A stretch of DNA of 64,000 nt, taken from positions 771,617-835,616 of the forward strand of contig OZ253456.1 of assembly GCA_965261225.1 (NCBI GenBank), read 5' to 3'. The notes beneath the pieces are model-generated. The model made no database searches. It saw only the letters and a program-made list of their open reading frames with translations, and was not told the origin of the DNA. The DNA comes from Dehalococcoidia bacterium. Lineage in GTDB: Bacteria; Chloroflexota; Dehalococcoidia; Bin125. The first letter of the stretch is position 1, and every line of letters starts with the position of its first letter. Both the position numbers and the translations under genes were made by a program. Shown here one piece after another: positions 25,874-35,286 of the stretch.

Positions 25874-25996
25874 GCTCCCCCCTTGGGGGAGCTGTCGCGA
25901 AGCGACTGAGGGGGCCGGCCGCCCGAGTTTCAACTGACTGCCCGCCCAGAAGGGACCCCCTCAGCCTTCGGCAGCTCCCCCTGCGAGGGGGAGCAA
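25874..25996. repeat. Inverted pair of family C repeats
   Basis: gctccccccttgggggagctgtcgcgaagcgactgagggggccggcc ... gggaccccctcagccttcggcagctccccctgcgagggggagc. Confidence 0.8.
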
Positions 25997-26049
25997 AAGG
26001 AAGAGTGTGCAGTCGCTTTGCCGAATAGGGGGACTACCCTGACCTCCCC

Positions 26050-29000
26050 ATGACCCTCACGATCGAGCTCCTCCCCGACCCCGCCGCCAACGACCGCCGA
26101 CTGACCCAACTCGCCGCCGAACGACCCTCACCTCTCTCCCGCCTCAACATCCTCCACGGCTCCGCCCTGCAACGACTCTCGACACAGCGCATGCTCGCTC
26201 AGGCAAACGGCGGCGCGCTCGCCGGCGTCTATGGATTCACCCCGGTCGACCTGGCCCAGGCTGCCTCAGGATTCGGCGATGCGCCGGCTCGACAATCCTG
26301 GCCGGCCGGCGCCGACCTCACCACATTGCGCCGCGTCCTCCACGATGTCGAGATGGCAGCACTCGATCCCCAAGCCCCGGGAGTCGCGGCGGCGCTGCTC
26401 CGCACTCTCACCGACCTTAGGGAGGCGGCGCTCACGCCCGAGGTCCTGCCGGACGGCGACCTCGAAATCGTGTTCACCGCCTGGCGCGAGGCGACCGCCA
26501 CCGTCGCCGACCGCACCTCTCGCTACGAGGACGCCATTAGTCCGGCAACACCCGATCCCGCCTTCCGTGAAGCGCTCGGCGGCGCTCCGCTGATCGTTTC
26601 AGGCATCTACGACCTCACGCGAATCCAACGGCTCCTGCTCAAGCGCCTGGCCGACTCGACAGATGTACGAATGCTGCTGGTTGCGCCGTCCGACGATCCC
26701 GCGTCTCCGCCCCAGCGCTCCTTGACCGCGCTTCGACGAGACCTGAACGGCCGTGTGATTCGGCCCGACATCCGAGGGGCCAGCCTCGCACCCGATGAGT
26801 ATTTCAGCGTCGGCGATCCGACTGCCGAAGCCGACGAGATCGCTTCCCGCGTCCTGGCGCTCGCCGGCGACGGCGTCGCCTTCCACCGGATCGCAATCCT
26901 GCATCAGCAAGGCGCTCCCACCGATGATCGCATTTGCTCCGCGCTCGAGCGAGCCGACATTCCGAGCTGGAGAATCGGCGGACGCCAACTGGCGCGCACA
27001 CCGATTGGGCACGCAACACAGCGGCTGGCGCGTGTGCTGCTCAGCCCGGACACCGTCGAGCGATCGGAGCTGCTCGACTGGCTGTCGCACCGAGCCTTGC
27101 GCGAACGGCTGCTCGATCACCATCGACATCCGGCACAGTGGGAGCGCGCCTCTATCGACGCCGGCCTGACCCGGAACCTCTTCGCCATGGAAGAGCGATT
27201 GGATCGTTGGAGCGAAGCAAACCAGAACGGCGACGCAGAGGACCTGGTCGCCGTCGTTCACAACCTCAGCCAGCGCAGCCGAGAGCTACGGGAGGCCGAG
27301 TCGTGGGCCGCCGCTGCGGATCTCCTGATCGACGCCTTCGACCTCTACCTCGACGACGAACGAGCCGACCAATCACTCCGACTCGCCGCTCGCGATGTCT
27401 TCGACCAACTTCGCAGTCACGACGCGCTCGGCTCAACCTGGTCGCCACAGGATGGCCTCACGGCGCTGGGACGATCCTTCAGCTCCCGCGTAGTCCGAGA
27501 CCCGCGTCGCCTCATCGGCGGCGTCAATGTCGGGGCGGCGACCGGCCCCGCTCGCGGCATCCGTTATGACGCCATCTTCGCCGCCGGGGTGGCCGAGCGC
27601 ATCTTCCCGGCCGTCGGCAGACAGGACCCGCTGCTCCCCGACGCCGAGCGAGCCGCCATTAATCAGCGAGTACCGGACGCACTCGCCCTGCAGCGAGATC
27701 GAGGAGACAGCGACCGTCACGCCTGGGAGCTACTGCGGCGCGCTGCCCAACAACACTTCACCGCAAGCTGGAGCCGGCGCAGCAGCGCCGTCGGAGGACC
27801 TGCGCGGCCATCCTCGCTCATCCTCGAGACTGCCGCCGAGGGCATTGGCGCCACAAACGAATCGCACACCGAGTCAACACTCAGCGACATCGGACGCATC
27901 CAACGCATCGAGTCCGGCGTCGTCACGACGCTGCCAGGCGCCGCCGACATCGAAGCACACGACTGGACCGCGACGATCGCGGCCCCCGACGAGCAGTCCT
28001 TCGATCTCGCCCTCCTGTCATCGCCGAACGCCGACACACGCAGCGCGCTGCCGGAACTCTGGCCTCAAGCGGAATCCGCCGAACACGCCCGACTCCAACG
28101 CAACGCCGCCAGCTTCACCGAGTTCGATGGGCGTCTCGATTTCACCAGGATCGGCGAAAACTGGAATCCGCTCGAACGAACGTGGTCCGCCTCCGCAATC
28201 GAGACCTTCGTCACCTGCCCATACCGCTTCTACCTGAGACACATCGTCGGAGCCAGGGCCGAGCCAGACGCCGCCCGCCCCGATCAACCGCGACGAGACA
28301 TCCTGAGCCGTCTGATCCGCAGAATGCTGTCGACCTGGGCCGAAGACTTTGTACACAGCAAAGAAGATCGAACCTGGCTCGAATATGCGAGCAACGAGAC
28401 ACACTTCAACACCATCGCGCAACAAATGCTGGACACCGCCGCAGAATCAGGCGCGCTCGGACCCCCGGCATCCATCCCGGCAGTGCTTCAGGAACTGATG
28501 CAGGACCTCGATCGTACCCGCCGGCGAGAGGCCTCCGACGCCCGCGACGGCTGGAGTCCACTCGAAGTCGACGCCGCCTTCGAAGACGCGCCCATCCGCG
28601 TGACGGGCGGCAGGAACGTTCGATTCCGCGGCGTCATCGACCGTATCGACGAACACACCGACGCACGCCAACGCGCGGTCTCGTATTTCACGGGTCAAAC
28701 GCTTCCCGACGTGCGCGGATTCGTCAACGGTTCATCGTTCCTCGCGATTGCCAATCTGACCGCCCTGATTCAGCGCGGAGTCCCAATCCGGCAAGCAGAG
28801 GTCGAGCTGCGCTCGGTCACCAGGCGAGGCGCATTCGAGTCGCAGACCCTGCGCGGAGAATCGCTGACCACGCGCGGCGGTCGCTCAGCGCCCAGCGACG
28901 GCGAGCGACTGCGCGACACCCTCGCCCTCATCGCCGATCAACTCGAATCGGCCAACTTCATTCCCTACCCAGGCAACCCGCCACGCAACCGGCCAAACTG

Positions 29001-29121
29001 CCGGCAATGTCCCTACGAATCGGCCTGTACCGCCGACATCGCAGATCGATATCAAAAGAAGTCGCTACAGGACCAAGAAGCTGTCCGACCAATGGCAATC
29101 TTGCGGCGACAACGCTCATGA
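26050..29121 (+). CDS. AddB-like PD-(D/E)XK nuclease subunit with a C-terminal Cys cluster
   Basis: 1023 aa with no Walker A. The C-terminal nuclease/Fe-S signature is ..FVTCPYRFYLRHIVG.. and ..CRQCPYESAC.. It precedes a UvrD-type helicase. Confidence 0.75.
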   Translation: MTLTIELLPDPAANDRRLTQLAAERPSPLSRLNILHGSALQRLSTQRMLAQANGGALAGVYGFTPVDLAQAASGFGDAPARQSWPAGADLTTLRRVLHDVEMAALDPQAPGVAAALLRTLTDLREAALTPEVLPDGDLEIVFTAWREATATVADRTSRYEDAISPATPDPAFREALGGAPLIVSGIYDLTRIQRLLLKRLADSTDVRMLLVAPSDDPASPPQRSLTALRRDLNGRVIRPDIRGASLAPDEYFSVGDPTAEADEIASRVLALAGDGVAFHRIAILHQQGAPTDDRICSALERADIPSWRIGGRQLARTPIGHATQRLARVLLSPDTVERSELLDWLSHRALRERLLDHHRHPAQWERASIDAGLTRNLFAMEERLDRWSEANQNGDAEDLVAVVHNLSQRSRELREAESWAAAADLLIDAFDLYLDDERADQSLRLAARDVFDQLRSHDALGSTWSPQDGLTALGRSFSSRVVRDPRRLIGGVNVGAATGPARGIRYDAIFAAGVAERIFPAVGRQDPLLPDAERAAINQRVPDALALQRDRGDSDRHAWELLRRAAQQHFTASWSRRSSAVGGPARPSSLILETAAEGIGATNESHTESTLSDIGRIQRIESGVVTTLPGAADIEAHDWTATIAAPDEQSFDLALLSSPNADTRSALPELWPQAESAEHARLQRNAASFTEFDGRLDFTRIGENWNPLERTWSASAIETFVTCPYRFYLRHIVGARAEPDAARPDQPRRDILSRLIRRMLSTWAEDFVHSKEDRTWLEYASNETHFNTIAQQMLDTAAESGALGPPASIPAVLQELMQDLDRTRRREASDARDGWSPLEVDAAFEDAPIRVTGGRNVRFRGVIDRIDEHTDARQRAVSYFTGQTLPDVRGFVNGSSFLAIANLTALIQRGVPIRQAEVELRSVTRRGAFESQTLRGESLTTRGGRSAPSDGERLRDTLALIADQLESANFIPYPGNPPRNRPNCRQCPYESACTADIADRYQKKSLQDQEAVRPMAILRRQRS

Positions 29122-29154
29122 ACGCATCCATGAAGCGAAGGCCACAAATCGGAA

Positions 29155-29341
29155 TTCCCAGTCCCCGCTTCACGCGGGGACCCGCTCGGGGGGCACGGCT
29201 AATCTGGCGGTGGTGTTTCGGGCACGGGAGGAGCGGGTCCCCGCGTGAAGCGGGGACTGGGAGTCTGCGGATGGGGGCTGGGACAGGGAGATATCAGATG
29301 CCTTCTCCGAGCGGGTCCCCGATTGAATTGGGGACTGGATC
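29155..29341. repeat. Cluster of three family A palindromic repeats
   Basis: ttcccagtccccgcttcacgcggggacccgctcgg (forward), gagcgggtccccgcgtgaagcggggactgggag (reverse), and the variant gagcgggtccccgattgaattggggactgg. Confidence 0.8.
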
Positions 29342-29350
29342 ACTCACCGA

Positions 29351-32320
29351 ATGACCGACACGCCGTCACCACCCGCCGACCACGCTGTCCGCGAGCGCAT
29401 CATCAACGAGCTCGACACCTCGTTCTTCCTCGAGGCCGGCGCCGGTTCAGGCAAGACATCGGTGATCGTCGCCCGCGTCGTCAATCTCGTGCGCAATGGC
29501 CGCTCGCTCGACGAGATCGTGGCCATCACGTTTACCGAGAAAGCCGCCGGCGAGCTGCGCGAGCGCATCCGCGCTGAGCTGTCAGCGGCTGGCATGCACG
29601 AAGCCCTGCGCGACGTCGACGCTGCTCAGATCCAGACGATCCACGCCTTCGCCGCCAACATTCTGCGGGAACGATCGCTGGACGCCGGCCTCGACCCCGA
29701 CTTCAACGTCCTTGACCAACTCCAGGCCGATCTCCGCTTCGCGCAGTCCTGGCGCTCGTGGCTCTGGAGCAACGACGCTCCTCTCCAACCCATGCAGCGT
29801 GCGCTCGACCGGGGACTGCAACTGCGCGACCTCCAGCTCGCCGCAGAGCAACTCGCCCGCAACCGCGACCTCACGGGCGCCCGCTCCGACATGCAGCCGT
29901 CGGAAGAAGTCCCCGAGGACCAACGCGAGCGCGATATCGCCCTCAACGACCTGACCGACGCCCTGCGCGAGTTCATCGAACAGGACGCCAACCAGCGCCG
30001 ATCCGACGGCGTACTCAGCTACGACGACCTCCTGCTGGAAGCACGCGACCTGCTCGTCCGCTCCAAGGCAACGCGCGAGCATTTGCGCAGCAGATATCGA
30101 ACCATCCTGGTCGATGAGTTTCAGGACACCGACCCGCTGCAAGCGCAGATTGCGCTGTTGCTCGCCGCCGAGCCAGACACCGACGACTGGACCCAAGCCA
30201 GTCCCGGACCCGGTCGACTGGTCCTGGCCGGCGACCCTAAGCAATCGATCTACCGTTTTCGCCGCGCCGACATCGACATCTACGAGCAGGTGCGGGACAT
30301 CTTCCGTGCCGCGTCGGACACCTCGGACATCGCCAGCCTGACCGTCAACTTCCGCGCCCGACCGCAACTCTGCGACTGGCAAAACACCGTGCTGCCGGGC
30401 GTGATCAAGCCTGATCAGGACTATCCGCGAGCCCAGGCTCGCTGGGAAGCGACCGTGCCGCATCGCCAGGACCGGGGACCGGCCGTCGCGGTGATCCCCT
30501 CGAATCGGAGATTCGAACGCGCTCCCGAGGCTCGGGGCGCAGAAGCCAAGCTGATCGCCAACCTGATCACGCACATGCAGCAGCCCGATGCCTCCCTGGG
30601 CCATCTGCCCGCGCCGGATGGCCTGCAACCGCCGCAATTCCGCGACATCGCCGTGCTCGTCCGGACCAGGACCGGCGCCGACCTCTACACGTCGGCGCTT
30701 GATCGGGCCGGCATTCCCTACCACTTCGATAGTGGCCAGGGCTTCTACCAGAAGCCAGAAATCCGAGCCGTCGCCCATCTGCTGCAAGCGCTGGACGATC
30801 CGACGGACGAAGTCGCCGCACTCGCAACGCTCAAATCGCCGCTCGTCGCCGCCTCCGACACCGAGCTCCTTGAGCTGCGCTCTGCGCTTGGAACCCAACC
30901 GATTCGGTTGAATACCCACGCGCTACCCGACGCCTATGAGGGCCGTCTACGGGAACCGATCCGGTCGCTCGGCGAGCTTCGCGACGATCTGAACCGCTTC
31001 AGTCTGCCCGAGCTGATTGATCACGTCATTCGCGCCTCCGGCCTGTTGCTTGCGCAGGCTGTCGGAGTTCAATCCGGCCGGATGCGCCAGCGCCAGGCCA
31101 ACCTGCGGATGCTCGTGCAGCGAGCAGCGCATTTCGCCGACAACAACGACGACAGCCTGCGACCCTTTGTGCGTTGGCTCTCGCAGCGTGGAGTCCGCAA
31201 TCTGCCCGAGTCGGAGTCGCCTACGACGGAGGCCGACGACGACGCCGTCCGCTTCCTCACCATCCACCAGGCCAAGGGGCTCGAGTTCCCAATTGTGATC
31301 GTGCCCAAGCTGCAGGACCAGCCGGCCTCGGGCAACCAGTTCATCGTTGACCGACCGAACCAGCGCCTCGAGTTCAAGCTGGGCGACGACCGCACATCAT
31401 TCCGCACGCCGGGCTACGCCGTCGCCGAACGCCGAGATCGCGCGTACGCCGACGCCGAGGCCCGGCGGATGCTCTACGTCGCTGCCACCCGAGCCCGCGA
31501 TTGGCTCATCTTGCCCTCATTCCCGGCCGACAGCATCTCGCGCCGAGACTCGTTTCACACCTATCTCGACGACGCCGTCCCGCACTGGCTCATGCGCGAC
31601 GCCGATCCCAACACACTCGTCCTCACACCGCAAACGTTCGACGCGGCGCCCACACCGACGCCAACCCTTCACACGCCTCCGCACCAGGACTTGCGTCCGC
31701 AGTGGCAAGAACGACATCAAGACGCCGTCAATGGAGGATCGCGAACCATCGAGACCGTAACGCCATCAAGTCTCAACCCACACACACCGAACGAGGGCGC
31801 AGATGTCGGAGTCGACCAGAGCGAACGCGACTACGCCTCAGTCAATCCGCTCGACTTCGGCAAGGCCGTCCACGAGTCGCTCGAAGCCGCAGACTTCAAC
31901 AACTTCGAAGTCACGCGCCACCGTACAGTACGAATCTGCCACAAGCTTCACGTTCCACCCGAACAAGTCATCAAACACATCGAGCGAGCGATCGCGTCGG
32001 AGATCATACAACGCGCCTCGAGGTCAGTGTCAGTACATCGAGAGCTTCCACTGGCCACGATCAAGACTCACGAAGGCAAGACCGTCATCACAGAGGGCGT
32101 CGCTGATCTCGTGTTCAGCGAAGGAGGGCATTGGGTACTAGTCGACTACAAGTCCGACGAAGACATCCCGCCCGAACGTCTTGATACTTACAACAAACAG
32201 ATTCAACAATACGTGTCAATGCTGACAGCAACTGGAATAGAGGTCGCAGAAGCGTACATAGTACGAACCGCCACAGGCCAGGCACTCCCAGTACCGCTTG
32301 ATGAGACATCCGGCGCATAA
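29351..32320 (+). CDS. UvrD/AddA-like ATP-dependent helicase with a C-terminal RecB-type nuclease
   Basis: 989 aa. Walker A LEAGAGSGKTSV, ..ILVDEFQDTDPLQ.., ..FLTIHQAKGLEFP.., and nuclease ..ADLVFSEGGHWVLVDYKSD.. Confidence 0.85.
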   Translation: MTDTPSPPADHAVRERIINELDTSFFLEAGAGSGKTSVIVARVVNLVRNGRSLDEIVAITFTEKAAGELRERIRAELSAAGMHEALRDVDAAQIQTIHAFAANILRERSLDAGLDPDFNVLDQLQADLRFAQSWRSWLWSNDAPLQPMQRALDRGLQLRDLQLAAEQLARNRDLTGARSDMQPSEEVPEDQRERDIALNDLTDALREFIEQDANQRRSDGVLSYDDLLLEARDLLVRSKATREHLRSRYRTILVDEFQDTDPLQAQIALLLAAEPDTDDWTQASPGPGRLVLAGDPKQSIYRFRRADIDIYEQVRDIFRAASDTSDIASLTVNFRARPQLCDWQNTVLPGVIKPDQDYPRAQARWEATVPHRQDRGPAVAVIPSNRRFERAPEARGAEAKLIANLITHMQQPDASLGHLPAPDGLQPPQFRDIAVLVRTRTGADLYTSALDRAGIPYHFDSGQGFYQKPEIRAVAHLLQALDDPTDEVAALATLKSPLVAASDTELLELRSALGTQPIRLNTHALPDAYEGRLREPIRSLGELRDDLNRFSLPELIDHVIRASGLLLAQAVGVQSGRMRQRQANLRMLVQRAAHFADNNDDSLRPFVRWLSQRGVRNLPESESPTTEADDDAVRFLTIHQAKGLEFPIVIVPKLQDQPASGNQFIVDRPNQRLEFKLGDDRTSFRTPGYAVAERRDRAYADAEARRMLYVAATRARDWLILPSFPADSISRRDSFHTYLDDAVPHWLMRDADPNTLVLTPQTFDAAPTPTPTLHTPPHQDLRPQWQERHQDAVNGGSRTIETVTPSSLNPHTPNEGADVGVDQSERDYASVNPLDFGKAVHESLEAADFNNFEVTRHRTVRICHKLHVPPEQVIKHIERAIASEIIQRASRSVSVHRELPLATIKTHEGKTVITEGVADLVFSEGGHWVLVDYKSDEDIPPERLDTYNKQIQQYVSMLTATGIEVAEAYIVRTATGQALPVPLDETSGA

Positions 32321-32373
32321 GGCCAGTCGCAGCCCCGAGAGCAAGTGTGGAAAATCGGCTGACCTCTACCTCC

Positions 32374-32520
32374 GTCATACGCGCGCTCCGCCGCGGGTAT
32401 CTCGCAGTGCTCGGCAGGAAAGTGAATATTCAGCTGAGCGATTGAAACGGGCGCGATTCCCCAGGTTCAAGCGTCGGTGCAGCACTCGGCGAGATTCCCG
32501 CGGCGGAGCGCGGGAATGAC
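32374..32520. repeat. MITE-like element with about 28-bp terminal inverted repeats (family E)
   Basis: gtcatacgcgcgctccgccgcgggtatc ... gattcccgcggcggagcgcgggaatgac. Confidence 0.65.
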
Positions 32521-32658
32521 GAATCCCGAGTTTCTGAGACACCCAGCCCAAGCTGGGAGCTGGGAAGTAACCCCTCAAATAAACAGGCCCTAGCCCGACC
32601 AGCCGGTATCGTCAGTCCGTACGACAAGGAAACCTGAAATTCGCCGTAGGAGTCCCGT

Positions 32659-34221
32659 ATGGTCGCCAATCCGCCCACCCCGCAGCAGGTCCGTGAGGAC
32701 CTCTATCTCCGACGCCAGAAGATCGTCTCGGAAATGGGTTCGCCCGACCGCATCGCCCGCCAACACGCTCGCGGACGCCTGACGATCCGCGAACGCCTCG
32801 ACAAGCTCTTCGACCCGGGCAGCTTCCGCGAGATCGGCACTTTTGCGGTGTCCGAAGTCCCCGTGGTCCGCGATCGCACGCCGGGCGACGGTAAGATCGG
32901 CGGCTGGGGCACGATCGATGGCCGGCCAGCCACCGGCGCCGGCGACGATGTCACGGTGCTGCATGGCTCTTCCTCAGTAGTCGGCGGCAAGCGACAGAAG
33001 CGCATCTACGAGCAGGCGCTCGAGCAAGGCGTGCCCTACGTCTACTTCGGCGAGACCGGCGGCGCTCGCCTGCCCGATTCGCTTGGCTCCGAAGGCTTCA
33101 GCAAGATTTCGCCCAGCCTCGAAACCGCCCGCCGCCGCCGTCGCATCCCCCTCGCCACCGCCATCGTCGGCGAATCGTTCGGCGGCTCCAGTTTCCACAG
33201 CGCCTTCTCCGACTTCACCACTCAGGTTCGAGGCTCGGCGCTCAACGTGTCGTCACCGCGAGTTATCGAAATCGCCACCGGCGAATTGATCTCGCTTCAA
33301 GACCTCGGCGGAGTCGATATCCACCTCGACCTCACCGGACAGATCGACCAGTCGGCAGAGACCGAGGAAGAGGCGATCGAACAGATCAAGTCCTTCCTCT
33401 CATACTTGCCGTCCAACTGCTGGGAAGCCCCGCCGTTCCGCGACGGCTACGACCACGCAGAGCACGACCCGCAAATCGCCGATCTCGTTCCCACGCGCCG
33501 TCAGCGCGCGTATGACATGCATCGCGTGCTTGAGCGCATCGTCGACGACGGCGAGATGCTGGAACTCAAGCCACGATTCGGCCGCTCGCTGATCACCTCG
33601 CTGGCCCGAATCGGCGGTCAGACCGTGGGCATTCTCGCCAGCAATCCGATGTTCAACGCCGGCGCGCTGGACCCCAACACCTGCGACAAGGCCACGCAGT
33701 TCGTCTGCATGTGCGAGGCCTTCAACATCCCCACGATCTGGCTCCAGGACGTACCCGGTTTCATCGTCGGCTCGCAGCCCGAGCACGCTCGTCTGCTACA
33801 CAAGGCGATCATGTTCCTCGAAGCCCTGTCGCTGATGACCGTCCCACGCATGACCGTCGTCATGCGCAAGGCCTTCGGCCTCGCCTACTTCTCGCTCTCC
33901 GGCAACAGCATGGACAACTCGCTGATGACTGCCTGGCCCGGCGCAGAGATCTCCTTCATGGACCCCGGCGTCGGCGTCAACGTCGTCCACGCCCGAGACA
34001 TCGCCAACGCGGCCGACCCCGACGCCGAGCGCCAGCGTCTAGTCGACGAGTGGACCCTCGGCCACGAGCCCTGGGGCGCCGCCGGTCTGATGAACCTCGA
34101 CGAGATCATCGACCCCGCCGACACCCGCCGCTGGCTGCTCGAATCCCTCCAGCGCTACCCCGTCTCAATCCCCCGGCGAGGAGAAGTCAAAGAACTCGCC
34201 ACCTGGCCGACATGTGTGTGA
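32659..34221 (+). CDS. Acyl-CoA carboxylase carboxyltransferase (beta) subunit
   Basis: 520 aa: ..ARGRLTIRERLDKLFDPGSFREIG.., ..ILASNPMFNAGALD.., which is the carboxyl_transferase domain pattern. Confidence 0.85.
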   Translation: MVANPPTPQQVREDLYLRRQKIVSEMGSPDRIARQHARGRLTIRERLDKLFDPGSFREIGTFAVSEVPVVRDRTPGDGKIGGWGTIDGRPATGAGDDVTVLHGSSSVVGGKRQKRIYEQALEQGVPYVYFGETGGARLPDSLGSEGFSKISPSLETARRRRRIPLATAIVGESFGGSSFHSAFSDFTTQVRGSALNVSSPRVIEIATGELISLQDLGGVDIHLDLTGQIDQSAETEEEAIEQIKSFLSYLPSNCWEAPPFRDGYDHAEHDPQIADLVPTRRQRAYDMHRVLERIVDDGEMLELKPRFGRSLITSLARIGGQTVGILASNPMFNAGALDPNTCDKATQFVCMCEAFNIPTIWLQDVPGFIVGSQPEHARLLHKAIMFLEALSLMTVPRMTVVMRKAFGLAYFSLSGNSMDNSLMTAWPGAEISFMDPGVGVNVVHARDIANAADPDAERQRLVDEWTLGHEPWGAAGLMNLDEIIDPADTRRWLLESLQRYPVSIPRRGEVKELATWPTCV

Positions 34222-34252
34222 TCTCGGTAGGCTGAAGGTATCGGAGGTGGCA

Positions 34253-34561
34253 ATGACCAACATCGTGGACCGCATACCGGCCGAGATTGAGCCCGTTGAC
34301 CCTTCCGATCCCGAATACGAAGTGCTTAAGGCCATTTCGGTTGCGGGGAAGCGCAATCTGGATTTCTACCTGGAACACGAGAAGGATCTTAACGAACAAT
34401 TTCCGGGACCGTGCACCATTCTGATATTCAACGGAAGTGAAGCGACAGGCTGCGTTAGCTTCGATGAGATGATGGAACTCCTGGACACGCTGGACGATGT
34501 CGAACGCTCCGCCGCACTGCAGTTCGAGCAGCCGGAAACCGGAGCCGTATGGGTTCTGTGA
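34253..34561 (+). CDS. Small hypothetical protein upstream of the aspartic protease
   Basis: Internal ATG of ORF 34214..34561 after GGAGGTGG. 102 aa with lower G+C. It overlaps the next gene by 13 nt. Confidence 0.5.
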   Translation: MTNIVDRIPAEIEPVDPSDPEYEVLKAISVAGKRNLDFYLEHEKDLNEQFPGPCTILIFNGSEATGCVSFDEMMELLDTLDDVERSAALQFEQPETGAVWVL

Positions 34562-35028
34562 GCAGGCAGTTTCCCGGCTTCTTCCGCGACTTTGGCGCTA
34601 CCTCTCACTCTCAACTCGTCGTTACGGCGCGGCCGCGAGTCGATGTCATCGTGTCTTTCGGCCGAGGCCGACTGCAACTGCCCTTCCTGATAGACACGGG
34701 GGCGGATTTCACAGTCCTACAGCCCGACCACGCTGCACGGCTTCTTAGAGACAGTGGCCAATCCGTCCCAGAGGCGAGACGCGCCGATTATCTGACCATC
34801 AATGGAATCGGTTCGAGCTCCGAGCGAACCATCGTGCGACGAGTCGGGCTGTTCTTTTCTGATGAGGATGGCGAGGGCTACTGGTTTTCCCAGTCAATCC
34901 TGTTTGCTGACGCAGCTTCAGGGCGGCCATGGCGTGTTCCTTCAATCCTCGGTCGAGACGTGCTTCGAGGCTTCGACCTCAACCTGTCCTACGACCCACC
35001 ATCCGTCACCCTGACCCTCAACAAGTAG
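34549..35028 (+). CDS. Retropepsin-like (clan AA) aspartic protease
   Basis: 159 aa with catalytic LIDTGADFTVL and the C-terminal ..SILGRDVLRGF.. motif. Confidence 0.75.
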   Translation: MGSVSRQFPGFFRDFGATSHSQLVVTARPRVDVIVSFGRGRLQLPFLIDTGADFTVLQPDHAARLLRDSGQSVPEARRADYLTINGIGSSSERTIVRRVGLFFSDEDGEGYWFSQSILFADAASGRPWRVPSILGRDVLRGFDLNLSYDPPSVTLTLNK

Positions 35029-35090
35029 ACCGCCGGGCTGCCATTCGACGCTGCATCGCCTCCGACGGTTTTGCTATCTTGTGGCCCGTC

Positions 35091-35282
35091 TCAATCTTGT
35101 TTTGCGCCTGCACGCAGCACCCTCGGCGCCAACCGATCCTCACGCTCATCGATGTAGACATCTACCGCCTCCGGATCTCGCAGACCCAACTCCCGCAGCG
35201 CCCAGCTCAACGCTTTGATCCGCAAGGGTTGAGGCAACTCTTCCAGATCAAACATGATCGCGCTGACTTCCGGATCGGCCAT
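35091..35282 (-). CDS. Small hypothetical protein
   Basis: Internal M of ORF 35091..35330 (MADPEVSAIMFDLEELPQPLRIKALSWALRELG..). It lies just downstream of the FAD oxidoreductase gene. Confidence 0.4.
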   Translation of the reverse strand: MADPEVSAIMFDLEELPQPLRIKALSWALRELGLRDPEAVDVYIDEREDRLAPRVLRAGAKQD

Positions 35283-35286
35283 CGTC

